DNA of 64,000 nucleotides from Epiperipatus broadwayi (Eukaryota; Animalia; Onychophora). The DNA lies in the NCBI GenBank assembly GCA_028023455.1, contig JAQFVV010000010.1:7130001-7194000 (forward strand), written 5' to 3'. Below, in pieces: positions 25,101 to 39,110 of this stretch (position 1 is its first letter; each line of letters opens with the position of its first letter). The notes beneath the pieces were generated by a model, which was not told the DNA's origin, made no database searches, and saw only the letters and a list, made by a program, of their open reading frames with translations. The position numbers and the translations under genes are program-made.

Positions 25101-26355
25101 CTGAGGTTAAACGATTTGAAAACTCGGTCCGATGACGTGAATAAACAAGCAATCGGAAAATATGAATGTCAAAATTCAGAAAATAACTTTTTCGCTGTCA
25201 CAATATCAGGTAGGTTAATTAATCACTCTCTAATCATAATTACAATCAATCAGCCCCATTTATATGCTCTCTTTGATTACAATCTAACCCTGCAGTGGTA
25301 AAATCCATTCTTTAATTATTACACATTTGGAAAACACGGATTGCATTTTCTAATTAAAATTCGTAAACACTGTTTTAATCTTATCAAATCTACTAGTAAA
25401 ACTGGCGCCAATATGATTAAAATTAGCCACTATTGTTCTTTCCCCACCCTCACTGACTTAAAGAAAATGGCATGTTTTTGAATAACATTTTATAACACTT
25501 TACATTTATCAAACACTCTTTCTGAATTTAATTTCCAGAAATATTTCTCAGTGATATTATTTCTTAAAGGCAAATAATTATAGTGAAATAACATCACAAA
25601 TAAATCGATTCAAAACAACAGCTTTTAAATAAAATATTTTGATAAATTTTAAATATTATCGCAGTATGTGTGTAAATGAGAATATGTGACCTACTTTATT
25701 GTACAAGCATATATATGTAATATATACTCGACGGTTTGAAAATAAAACCGTTTAAAAACAATTTTAATTATTATTAAACCCCGGGCACCCCATTATACAT
25801 ATAAATTTAGGCGGGATTTCAGTAAATATACCCAGTACACACACAATACGATGAAATTAGGGTTATTTGCATGAGGGTAGGAAACAGGAAGGCAAGGTGA
25901 AACTAAGATTGGTAAGGCATATCTTACTGTTTCACTATATAGATTTTATTTCCCAAGCATATTGTAAAATATTAAAAATTATGTTAGAGGCAACAAAAAA
26001 GAAAACTGAAAATCTCTCATTTGGTTGATATGATAAAAAAAAATAGAATTAAAAAAAGTTAAACAGTTTTTGATAAACCTTCCAAATGACATATTATTTT
26101 ACAAATTAATATGTTCATTAACATTAGTGACAAAGTTCATATAGTAAGATTTGTTTCATTAATGAAAACTAAATAGTGAATCAATTTCTATGTTGCATAG
26201 AACTTTCTTAATGTATAACAAACAAAATATTTTTTAATCTATTCCATTACATAAATATTACCAAAATCACACATTTCTTTATGTTTGCCGTAATATCATA
26301 TAAATACAATTTATCCAAACTTCAAACACTTTTTAGCAAACTTTATTTGTACATA

Positions 26356-26394
26356 CACCTACGTTTCGACTGACCTGCAGTCTTCTTCAGAGTA
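26356..26394 (-). ncRNA. Minimal type I hammerhead motif, intact core
   Basis: TACT CTGAAGA A GACTG-CAGGT-CAGTC GAA ACGT A GGTG on the minus strand. Confidence 0.75.
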
Positions 26395-26464
26395 AGGTTA
26401 TTCTGATCTTCTAAATAAAATAAAACGATTTTTCATTATTTTATTTAGAAGATCAGAATAATCT

Positions 26465-26503
26465 TACTCTGAAGAAGACTGCAGGTCAGTCGAAACGTAG
26501 GTG
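26465..26503 (+). ncRNA. Minimal type I hammerhead motif, intact core
   Basis: TACT CTGAAGA A GACTG-CAGGT-CAGTC GAA ACGT A GGTG. Stem I is UACU/GGUG, there is an extra A between A9 and G10.1, a 5-bp stem II, palindromic stem III ACGU and a GUA triplet. AATAAA follows 7 nt after stem I (26511-26516). Confidence 0.75.
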
Positions 26504-29500
26504 TATGTACAAATAAAGTTTGGTAAAAAGTGTTTGAAGTTTGGATAAATTGTATTTATATTCCATTACATTTAAAAAAGTAAAATATCACAATAAGGGT
26601 AGTAATTTCTTCCAATGGTAGGTTCTATTAAAGAATTTGTTATACTGGCATAGCCAATAAACTCAGATATTATACCTACAAACTGTTGTTTTGCACAAAG
26701 AATCACTAGTTTCAAAACATTACCAGTATCATTAAAATCTGTACTGGACCAAATTGTAATTAAGTAACTTACACAATATCAAGATCTTTTAAAAAAAACT
26801 TTAAAAAATTTTTTTTTCCCATTTATGAAAGTTCAATACAAATCTTTGCTTGCACTACTGAAATAAGATGGTTAACCAAATAGCTATGCCAAATTTTATA
26901 AAAATTGAATTGTTAGTCTTTATCCAAATAAAAGGGTAGTTATAAAAATATTTGGTGCTCAAAAATTGCATATTTAGTCGATATTTTTAATTACTTAAAT
27001 AGTGCTATGGTAAAAATTAAATATTTTAACAATCACTGACTAAATTATTCCATTAGTCCTTGAAAACTTTAAATAGTCCCATGACTCTTTGACTATAACA
27101 GCAATCATATTTTTTTTTGATAGAAATTTTAATTCAAAATAAGCAAGGGGAATTATTTTGAAAAAGGAGTCTGAATATATGTAATAATAATAAAATATTA
27201 TAATATAATTAGTGGCATTTATGATATATCATCCATAGTAAACAATAATCTAGTGCAAGATACTGTAAGGCATTTAAAGAAAATTATTATTTGGTTTTAA
27301 AAAATCCAATCTTACAATGTATGCTCATTCACATTTTTTCAAAACAAAAATATTTGCCAACTGAATAAAAAAAAAAATAGCATAATAATAAACAGAAAAA
27401 ATATTTTGTACATTAACTATACAATATTAACCAACAAATACTGAAAATATGAAGATGTTATTTGGAAAGAAATTTAATAATGGGCAATTGCATTATCTAT
27501 TTTAATTTTTTTTTTAATAATTAAGTCCTTATTTTTAAATATATTTTGGCATGGATATCATCTTGTTTTTAAAAACAAGTTGTAATGTGGATATTAAGGA
27601 ATTAAAGAAATGAAAACACTATAATGGTCCGCATTCCCTGAAGGAATGAGGGTGAGCACATCTAACTATAGTCGGACTTATGGTCTTATGTGATGAAAAT
27701 TTAATCCATGATTGCATCTATTTTAAATAAGATAATTTAATATTTAAATATTCAATACAAATACAACTTAGACCAATTCATCCAATCTTCACCTCTTGAT
27801 TATTCCGTTAACTCTGGGTGAATTTTGCACTTAATTCTCTTTAAAGGTCCATCAATATCCTGTAGTAATAATAATACTTAATATAACTTCAATAGATTCT
27901 CAAAATTACTTTCAACCAAGTTATCATGATATTAATTTAGGATGATATATATATATATATATGATTATATGTAATTAATCTTATTTTACTATGAAAATAC
28001 AATAAATAATTTAAATTAATCAGAGACTTTCTTAAAATAAAAATGTAACAATATTTATCAACTGACAACAATTTAAATGTATCTTCATATATATCAACAT
28101 TTATAATTATGAGTGCTTTATATACATTTCTACTATATTAGTATATAAATTTTAAAATGATACCTTCCCATATCCCTATAGTGGATAGGTATCATAACAC
28201 AAACAATATTTAATAGGCTATAAAACAATAAATGAAATTTTATAATTTCGAAAATTATAATAGTACTAACTAATTAAATTTAAATTAAACAATATAAGTA
28301 TAAATGAAGACTTGTGTAATAGTGAATTCTTTTGAGGGAATTCCATTTTATAAGACCCTCCCCAATCTATGTCTGGTCCCTATCATTGAAAGAAAGATCT
28401 TTTATCCAAGGATATTAGTCATTTATATGAATAATAAACAAACAAATATTACTAAATTAAGTTAGTAATAAACAAAATTCTGTCTTGTCATAAATGGATG
28501 AATTTAATATGAAGAACAGTAAAATCTTGCCTTCATATTAAGTATACTTATTACCCTGGTCAAATCGCTTTACAAGCAAATACCTAAATTTTATTAAATA
28601 AAAAAAATATTTAACCCAATGATTTTTCCTTTTTCTTTTCATCTAATAATTTTCCAAAATGGATTATTCCAACATAAGTAGATTTTAGAAGCAAAGGAAA
28701 TAAAATTAGATATTTGTGGATGATGATACACAAAGATGATATGATGTATTCAAAGTTCATTTCCATAATTTGAGTAATAATGTTCATTAAAAATAGTTCT
28801 TTATTTTCCAGTCATCAATCATAGATGAGGCAATCAGTATACTCCATTGTTCAGAAATGTTCCACTTGTATGCTGTTGACATCCTTTTTCGTAAATCTTG
28901 TTATAAATTGATGTTGGATATTGAATTATATAAATGAAATATATATGTATTAGGCATTTCAGTAGGAATAAGTAACTACACTGCTTTAGGTTCAAATCTT
29001 CTTAAAATAATTTTAGATATATAAATGTTTTTGATGAAATTTATCTTCCTTAAAATTCAAATTTAGAACGATATAGTTAACAATTTCTCTAATTATATAA
29101 AAATAATTTCGTTTTTGAAATTATTATTAATGATATTAAAGAGTAATTTATTTACTCTTTTCTTTAGTGGTATTAGAGTTCTCTACTAACGAAAATTTTA
29201 TAAACAAGAAAAATTCATTCATACTATTAATCTATCTTTTTAATGTGTTCGGAATTCGAACACAGCAAAATAACTATGTGTAGTGACTAGTTCATTTGTA
29301 AAAGATAGAATTAATTTGGAAATTATTTGATTTAGCTTTTATAGTAGAATCAACTTCCAGTAATTAGCATGTGTTAAATTACTATTTCATTTCAAGATTT
29401 TGTATTGGATTATTGTTGAATGCACCATAATTGAGTTCTAATTTTATTTCCTTCACATTTAGTTGCTAAGATACGACTTATGATTTCATCTTAATCTCAT

Positions 29501-31147
29501 AAAATATATCCCAGACATAAAAATGTCCCTGAGATGGGAACATGAAAAGTCTTTTTCAAAGTGTGAGTATTTATTGATATCACAAGAGGAATATGTTCAA
29601 CTTCAATCTAAACTTGTAAAAAAATTATTTATACAAATAAGCAATACTAGTACTCTTTTCTATGTGTTTTATACAATGGAAATACTAATATTTTTATTAT
29701 CCCAAATAGCTCCCAGTTTCAATTGTCCAATAGCCATTTTTCAGAGCTATAAAATACACAATATAAGTAAGTACCCTACCATAACAAAAGTGAACATATT
29801 GTAACAGGAACCAGTTTGAATCCTATTGAAAGGATCAACTACTTATCACAACCTTTACTTAGATCCTGCACATATGTATATGCAAGGTTAACATACAACC
29901 AACAAATTGAACCGGATGCTGTATCCGATTCAAAAGTTTCATCACAAAAATAAAACCTTTTGTTTTAATAAAGTTTTAAAAAAAAAACTAGTTAAAAGTT
30001 TTGGTATATAAGAGTATGTATAATAACGCACATACTCAGTTATGTTGTAAAATTCTGTCATTTCTATTTTTTAATAGATTTTATTTTTAAAAGTTTTCTT
30101 TTTGTCGCTTGTTTTTTTTTTTTTATCAAAGTAATTAAAGACAAGCAAACTTTTTAATTGCATTCTAATTGGAATCTATTTTTAATTTATTTTAACTAAA
30201 GCTGAGACTTGTTTTTACATTTTTTTTAAAATTAATTAGGAATAAGATTAACCCTGGTTAGAATCATTAATTAAGATTGAGTTAAGATAAAGATTTGCCC
30301 TGGTCAAAAAGGATTAATTAAACGATGTTATGGAAGATAAGAGCTTGTATAAATAGCCCTGGGATTTCGGACTAATTATCCTCCAACTATTTATGTTTAT
30401 TCTCCTAGCTTAGTTTTGCTTCAACCTTTAGTATGCCAATTGTGAGTCTTCTTTGAATTGCTGTGCTGCTATAAAGCCTCAAGGTCGCGTTCCATTTCTA
30501 GGAACCAATGCCAAAACTATATGCTATGAAGAATTGCTTTAATATCATGCTGTGCTAAACCAACTTAAAGATGAGAGCCCTGGATCTCAAATCGTCCCTG
30601 CAAAATCATGTTGTAAGAGCTCAAGCAAAAACTGATCCCTAACATTGCCTTCTGCATCCTGAACAGAAAATGGAAATCTAGTCTTTGCTGGAATTCTCCA
30701 GTAGAATGAACTATGTGTGCCATGCTGCAAGACATCAGCCATTCTTAACCTTATACCTCAAGGTAACATGTTTTCTTATTCTTTCCAGGGTTTTAAAGTC
30801 TCAGCTTAATCTTAAAAAGTAACCTAATTTTATATCTTGCCTAATCAATTGAAATATTTTAAGATTTTCTGATTGCATTTATAGTGTGTATTGGAATCTT
30901 AGTTTTAAGATTCCATGTTTGTTTTGAATTTATTTGTCAGACTGTGTACATAGAGTATTTCTTAAAGCCATTTACATTTATAATTATTTCACTTTCTTAA
31001 TAAACGCTTGGGCAGACATAAATAATTTTCTGATTATTCATATGTCTCCTATTGAGACTTTTAATTATTTTATAGCAGCTTAAGTTTGACCAATCATTTG
31101 GATGGTGATTCACCAGTTATATATTTGTTTTCCCTTAAATCAGAGAT

Positions 31148-31841
31148 TTGAGAAAGGTAATGCGGTATGCAAAAGATTTGGATAAAGAATTTTTATCGGT
31201 ATACTTGTATAAAAGGTGGGATGATTGTGTTAGGAGGATTGTTGAGTGTTATAGTGGTAAGGAATGGGATAAAAGAATAGAAGTATTAATAAAAAATAGG
31301 GAGTTGGAGAGATGGAGAAGTAGTATGGAGGGTAAGAAGAGTTTAAATATATATAGAAGTAAACGGAATATTGGAAGCGAGTTAATTTATGATAATAGTA
31401 AGGAAAGTAGTTTATTGTTTAAGGCTCGAACGGGATCTTTAGCAACAAGAGAATATACATGTAAATGGAAAACTATGGGTGATTTAGCGTGCAAATTGTG
31501 TAAGGAAGGTATAGAAAATATTAGGCATCTGTTGATTGAATGTAAATGCTTGAAAGCAGAAAGGGTACAGATAATGAAGTTATGGGAGAATAGGTATGAA
31601 CAAAGTGACAATACAGAAAGTGAGTTAGTAGTTTTTATGCTGGGTTTGCGAAAAGATAAGGGGGATTTTGATTTAAAGGCCATAGAGTTGACAAAGATTA
31701 TGTTGTGGAAATGGGATGGGGCAGAATATGGGAAGACTTAGAGTGGGGAATGAAAAATAAAGTGGCTAACAGGTTTATCTGGGCATAGTTGCTGAGATAT
31801 TCTTGACTTCGTTTAAGGAGAAGCCAAATACATCACATCAC
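31148..31841 (+). mobile_element. 5'-truncated non-LTR retrotransposon 3' end (ORF2 C-terminal zinc-knuckle region)
   Basis: 197-aa open frame with YDNSKESSLLFKARTGSL and CKLCKEGIENIRHLLIEC (CCHC). Short 3' UTR and an (ACATC)n tail at 31829-31841. Confidence 0.85.
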
Positions 31842-34800
31842 CTACACCAAAATATTTTCTAAGATTTCTATTTTCGTTAAATTGGAGATTTAAGTTTTCT
31901 CCCATTCTACAATTCATACTTCATTGTATTCTTTATGTCATATTTATTTTACTTGCATTGTAATCAACGTGACAATCTTCAACGTGGTTGGCCATGCAGT
32001 AGTTTTGCGGACAATATGTCACTAGTCAATAATCTAGTGATCGCTCGCCCACGCTGGTTTCTTTGATTCATGCAAGAATCTTTCATTTATTTGTTTTAAA
32101 ACTTTTTGAATAAAGAGACCAGAGTTGGTCAGGTGAATCTTCAGCTGAAAGAAAATTCTTCCCTCCCTTTTTAAAACTCTATTAGAAAATTAGTCATCTG
32201 CCAGAGAGTTGACGTTTTATTTTGTTCATACATGCCTTGATAGAATGTAATAAAAAACTACATCTATTGTAAATAAATCTTTGTACTTGCAAAAAAAAAA
32301 TTATATTAATTTTAATAAATTTTAAAATTATATTAGCTAACATTTGTCCTAGCTTTATTTTGTCAATTGTCTGAACAATATTAATGAGCTCTTGCTCTCC
32401 CTGTGTCTGGTTGGAGCAAATCATCATCATCATTAACTTTTGATCACGGTAAACAAAATTTCCAGGTACACAGTGATCTGGTGGCATTCTTCATGATCAA
32501 AAGGAAAAAGAACCATATGTTACAATATATACACAGAAGTATTTTTTTATTATTATTATTGTCAATATTGTGAGAGGACAGTAAAATTTAAAAGAATAAT
32601 TTGTTTTGGTTATATATAAAATCTAATTTTGAAATCCACTGAACGAACTTTTTTTTTTATCATTGTAATGAATCTTGGACTTTGAGATAATGATGCTTTC
32701 TGTATATTGTTTTTGTTGTTGTTTATAAACCTTTCCACTGTTATATCTCCAAATTCTTGACAAATCTATACTCATGATAAAAGATTTTTTTCTCTTGTTC
32801 AAATTTCATAATTGGACAAAAGAAAGCAGCTGTAAATGTATAAAACTAGTTTTTGGTAAGGAGAACTAAACATCAAAATTTTGTTTTAAGCTATTCTGAT
32901 AAGTAGTAAGAATGTCCAGAAATTAAAATATCAGATTGAAATTGATTTGATTGTGAGCTGAAATATTTAGATTTTTTTATGTAATTGATTAAAAGAAATA
33001 TAAGAAAAGATTTGAGAAGAAAATTGAGGGCATCCGGGTAGGTGCAGGGATATAAAAAGGAAAGAGAAAAAGAGGATTAAGCCTGCCAAAGGGACAAATG
33101 AGAAAAAACCAAATAATGAAGAAAATAAATGATATGAGTCAAATGGCGTAAAGCTAAAATGTGTTAAACTCTTGCCCAGCATTCCACGAATGTTAATCAA
33201 TGGAAACCTTGCCGTCTACGCATTGCCATAAATTATTCCTTCAAGGACTTATGTTTAAAACCACAGGAAATCTATACGATCTTCAAAACAAAGACTACAA
33301 CAAGAAAGGAAAGGAAAATTGAACTATTCATGACAATGCAAACGGCCAGTGTTTTAAATATAAGCTTACCAACAAATATTAATCTTATCTGTTCCTGGGA
33401 ACAAAGATATTATTTTTTGTATTCTTTTGTTTTCTATCTATTAAACTTGTTCTCAATGTAATAGAGAGAAAGAATTATATATATATGATCATTACATTAA
33501 TTTAAGTTGCTAACTTGTATTGTAAAATTACTGAATTTTATTGAATAAGGAAAAAAAAACATGTATGTATATGTCTTCTTATAATATACACGTAGTTATT
33601 TTCTAGTCTATAATCATTTATTTATATAATACATATGTATGCAAATTTAGGTTCAAATCTAGATAACCAGAAATAAGGAGGGTTTGTTATTTAAACGTTT
33701 TTAGGTTTTGTGAAATAATGGGGTTGGAAAAAAATTTTGAATTAGATCTTATTAACTTAAATTTCTTAAATGTAGAGATTACATGTTATTGAAATGAGCC
33801 AATTTAAAGGCTATGCCGTCACATGCTCTTGAAGCGTTTTTCACTCTCCTCCCAGAGATACTGATCTAGGATGGGTTGGGAGAATCCCTCAAATGACAAT
33901 ACAAGGAAGCAACATATGAATGTTACCAGTGTAATTCTTACTGTATTCAACAGATTGACGCTTGAGGTTGATAAATCAATGCTCATAAATATACACTGGG
34001 GACAATTAAATATATATTTTAAGGGAGATAAACTCTGTCGGAGAAATATAGCGAATAGTTAATCCCAGTTATCTGAGGCATTTATTGTAGATCTATTCAT
34101 TCTGATATTTTTAATTAATACAATACGGAGTAGAGCCATTATTGTATTGCCTCTCCCATTAACAATTGAAATGATATTCAATTCATTTCGGTTAGATGGT
34201 GACTAAATGTCCATCACTAGTTATGCTAAAAAGGAAGAATAAACTATACTTTCAAATAGCGGGTTGCCCGTTACAATATATACATAATTTTTTGTGATAA
34301 GAAACTGAAACATGATACTAGACTATGCTACTTAGAAGTGACTGTAATCAGTCAACTTTCTTTGAAGGGAATGATAATAAATTTTAAGAATCTTCTTGGG
34401 CCAATTTAATCATTACAGGTGCTATATTCAGATTAATTAACAAAATATAGTTTATAAAACTGTTATGAAAACTTTGAATACTTTTATGAAATTATAAGGT
34501 AATTAAGATGCTTATGCTTAATTTTGATATTTTTGCAGTTTATAAATGCAATTTTTAAATTTTTCATAAAAAATACTTTTCTTTCTATGATCTCTTTTAT
34601 AAAATGTTCCATTCATTCAGTTTTAATCTATTTTTAAAAAATATAAAATAGTTTTTATGTTTTTCTATACAAACATGAAAAATTAACTTCCTTTGCACTG
34701 GTGTATTGAATTTTTTAATTTCATTTTCCGATTACCAATATTACATAATTGAAAATAACTTCTTGCTTTATTTGTATGATTATAACAAAGTCAAAAAATA

Positions 34801-35619
34801 ACATTTTATTTTATTTGTTGATTATAATGTTTTAATTCCAAGCAGTGTGGCATATCATGGGCCAAATAAAATGACCTTGCAGACTTTACTTTGCCAATCC
34901 CTAGTTTAGACCAAAGCTAAACATTTTCCTTGCCTTTCAAAAATTAATTATAAAATGTGCAAAGCTGCTGCATGCATTTGGAGATATGAAACAAGTAAGT
35001 ATTCTAGAAACAGATTTCCTTTGTATTTATATATTCTACAAATAAATGTCTCTGATTTATGAAAAAGTGCTCACACCAAGCTTTTAGATATTCAAATACT
35101 TGTAATAATACCACGAGCACCTTCAGATTCATTCTCTTTATTACATATATTCCCTAACATATATTCTTCCAGCTGAAATAAAATAAAAAATTACATCAGA
35201 TTTAGACTATTAACTCAAGATGAAATTTTATCATCTTTTAAAAAAATTCATTCTTCAAAATCGTTTTTTTTTTTGTAATCTCAAATAAAAAAATTACATA
35301 ACAAAAATAGAAAATTCTAGGAGTCTTCATGTAAGATCACAAATGTTTTTTTTTTTTTACCTAGATTCAGCAATAAAACCATATGAATTTAATTTAATGA
35401 ATTTTATTCATATATTTCACAAAACATGTATTACTTTAATGATTGTTCACCATATATGCAAGTTCATTATGTAAGTATATACTACCCAGAGCAAGGTTTT
35501 TTTGATACCTTTCTGAATTATTTTGAATAATTTATGACAAGAAAAGTTGAAAACATATAAAATGAAAATTAAGAATACATATACTATAATTATATTTAAA
35601 TATTACATATTCAGCCTGT

Positions 35620-35870
35620 ACTCTGCCCATCCTTCATCTGTGTATTTAAATGGGCTTAAAGTCCTATATATATGGGGTCAGAATGACACAGACATCATGG
35701 GTATGACAACAAAATTAACAAACATGGGCGTTGAACTACCATCGTTAGATTTTCAATGATAAGAATGGATAGAGAGGATTGAAGTCTATCAATTAAAGTT
35801 CGAAGATTTGCTATTTTAATATAAACCGAGCACTGATTATACGTATATTGAAATGGTAAATCGGATTCAG
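35620..35870 (+). mobile_element. Family 2 element, partial copy upstream of the HHR
   Basis: GATTGAAGTCTATCAATTAAAGTTCGAAGATTTGCTATTTTAATATAAAC matches 14357-14408. The 5' part matches the reverse complement of 58100-58190. Confidence 0.75.
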
Positions 35871-38800
35871 ATTTTCATTTCACAGTCCAATCCACCTAGC
35901 CACCTACTAATAGGATTCAATTGGAACCTACATATGTACAAATATAAATAATGTCTGTATATAGAAATGTATTTTTTTTAAACGTTTTTTTATTATTATT
36001 ATTATTATTTATAATATTCCAACCAGAATTTTCTTGGATAAATTGCTAATAATTTATTTCAAGTAATATATATATAACATTGTTTTAGTTATATAACCAA
36101 ATAATTTATTTTATTAAAAAAAATTCAAATATCAGTTTTGAATTTTATTTGTATTTATATATATGTTCAATGTATTTTTTTTTTAATTAAAGAATCTAAG
36201 ATGGCTTTCCAAGAGATTTTCGCCTCGATAAGAAGTTTTAAAAAGAAATGTTAAAGCTGAAATGCATTGTAAATGTAAAATTAAATTATGCAGAAAAAAA
36301 TCAAATACTTTTGGTTTAAATAAATATAAAAAAATATAAGATTATACAAAGAATCATTATTAATCCTGATAGAGATTCAAACTTTTTTAAAATAGCAATG
36401 AATGTATGTTTTCTTTTGTCCCAGGCAGGATATGAAAGAAAATCACCTTGGATAGCAAATAGTTCAAATACTAGAGCCAACATATAAATAGTGGGGGGGG
36501 TTTTTTTTGAAAAAAAAAAAGTTTAAAGTTGCCAACCATCACTACACCCGTCATAATTTTAAAAATGTACAGTGGGTGGACATCGCCATTCCTTCCTAGG
36601 ATCCCATCTCCTATATGCTGCCGCTATAGTCTTGGAAGAATGCCACTAGCTATCAAAGTTCGCCCGTACTATCATGCCGGGGAATTTCAGGTAAAAACTT
36701 AAGAACAAGCGAGAATTTCAATCCTGTCATCTTTATCCAAATCTTTTATATAAACTAACTATAATGTAATTATATCTACTTAAATCTTAAAGATATATAG
36801 TTAACTTTTATCGTGAATATCTGTAATCGACTCTTTAACCCATTTAAATTCTTTGTAATTCTCTTAAATAACACAAGCTCACAATATTTTAGCTATTTTT
36901 ATTTTTAACATGAAAATATATATTTATTTGTTTTGTACTAATTTCAGTAGTATAAATTTTATGGGGTTTTTAAAACAAACTTCACTCGCGTGAGGGTTGT
37001 GAGATGATAATTTGCAAAAGGGCGTATTATGTTAAAAAAGGGGGAGGGAAATCAGCAAAAAAAAAAATAGTTTAAAATAAAATAAGTTGTTTTCTCTTTC
37101 TCACCAGTGAAGTTATGTCAAATATATATATATTAAAATGTACTTATATTAATAACTAAAGTAATTTTGCTAATGATTTCCCAGGATGGGATTTTATAAA
37201 TTTAGATTGTTTTAAAATGGAATAAAATTAAAATGTACTATATTTTGACCTGAATACAGCACTGCTGGACAGCATCAGTTAAGTATCTCATAATCTTTTA
37301 AAAGTAGAAAAATAGGAAGGGGAATCTCTTCAAGAAATATATTTCCTTATTTATTATACTTTTTTTATTAAATAAATATTTTACCTGAAGTAATTGGTTA
37401 TGCAGGTTGATCTTTATGCAGTATTAGATTCTTTAAGGCTACTTATTTATAATTATCCACATTTGGTGATTAATAAATGTCGGGTTGATAATGAATCCAA
37501 GCGTAGTGGATCAGACCTAAAACGGTCACTTATTTGGTGTAATCTGACTGCCAGTTGCACATACTTCTGTGGACCAGAAAGTGAATGAGATAGAATTGGG
37601 TAGTCTACATGATATTCATACGACGGACATGGAGCTCCTGTAATTCCTATCTCTTCATTAGATACCGTTTCACAACATCGCGGATGTACCAAACTCTTTT
37701 CTTTGTTGCTATAGGCATGCAAGTGTCTGTAAGCAGCTCATATGAATCTACATTTGTTTTTCTTTCTTTAGCATTCATATTTTATTAACCCGACTTTGTT
37801 TCATTTTTCTTTTATTGCCTATCTAATACGTAAGCCATAGAAAAATGATTCTACTACTCAGGAATCTTCAGCCTGAGTAACCAGTTTTGTTTTAATCCAT
37901 GTTTAGTTAAACCTTGTAAATTAACTAAGTCATGTTATAGATATATGAATAAAAATGACTAAGTTAAATGTCAAATCAATGTGGTTGGTGTGCTTGATAA
38001 TTAACCGTTTCTTAATGGCTTACAATTCTAAATACTGTAATGTTATTTTCAAGCAAGGACCATCCTTTTAATGCTGTTCCAGCAAGGACCATTCTTAAAA
38101 TAAATAAAAGATGTGAGAATTAGTTGTTATTTGTAAAGAAAAGTAAAATAAATGATGTTGTTTTTCTTCTGTCATTTTAGAAAGACGTCAAATTATTTTG
38201 ACATGATTTTTTTTTTTTTTTTTGACATCATTTTGGTTAAGTAATTTCTTATAAAATTTAAATAAAAAGTGTTTTTTGTTTTAAAAAAAAAACAATCAAT
38301 TTATCAAGTGTAAAATAGGGTGATCAACTAAAGACAATCCCCTTTTTTTTCTTGTAATATATTAAAATCTGTGGTTATTTAATTAAAATTTTTTTTTTTG
38401 TTTTGTTTAAATAATATAAACCAATAATTTTGTGAAGGCTGTAATAAATTAAGAAAATGACCACTATATGTAAATATATCTTGGTTTCGTGTAAATCTTC
38501 CTGTATAAATATTAAACTAATGTAGAGAATTTAGCTTGAGTAAAAATGTAAATTAAACAATTAATAAGTTAAAATATATGTATAAAACTAAAGTTCCATT
38601 GTGTTTGAATTATTTTATTTATTTTCTATTTTAGTTAGTATTTTATGTTAAATCATATATATATAAGTGCAATCACCCAAGGTCTCATTAAATTAGAATT
38701 ATTGTGCATCTTATGCTCTAAGGTTCAGCTCTGGGAAGGTGAAAGTGAAGGAGTGCAATATGATCTTTGAGAAATGTTATTAATTAGGTCTTTGACCTGG

Positions 38801-38924
38801 GGATATAGGTAAATAGGGCAGAATCCATGATGTACCTGACATATATCTTTACATGGTCGGACTAGAGGTACTTTACCTATATTCCGGATCTTGTTGGATC
38901 GATATACGTTTTTTGACAAGACAG

Positions 38925-39110
38925 TATGTAGGAATTAATGATCCGGACCAACTGATGAGTGCTAGTTCAGCATAAAGTATGTATATTGGAGATCATTTAT
39001 CTTTTTTCACATGTATGTGGCTGTGAGTATAGATTGAATAAGATGGAATGGATGACTAAAGAGAGCATGAAAGTCTGGGTTCAAATCCCTCTAATTTCAA
39101 TTATTATAAG
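38925..39110 (+). mobile_element. Family 2 element, 3' part, with hammerhead motif at 38940-38994
   Basis: GATCCGGA CCAA CTGATGA GTGCT-AGTTC-AGCAT AAAG TATGTAT A TTGG AGATC, then CATTTATCTTTTTTCACATGT as at 14488-14507. Confidence 0.8.

Larger units (their letters stand above)
26298..26561. mobile_element. Young palindromic HHR-bearing element (family 3), 126-bp arms
   Basis: Arms 26298-26423 and 26436-26561 differ at only 2 positions. Direct repeat TATTCCATTACAT at 26240-26252 and 26559-26571 is a putative TSD. Confidence 0.9.

Noticed and set aside
26298-26561. CRISPR array or miRNA precursor interpretation of the palindromes
   Set aside because: There is no repeat-spacer periodicity. The near-perfect 126-bp arms with an HHR core and TSD fit a mobile element better than a pre-miRNA.
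30180-31020. Solo-LTR-like block (TATAAATA near 30348, AATAAA near 30999)
   Set aside because: No clear TG...CA ends, TSD, PBS or PPT were found.
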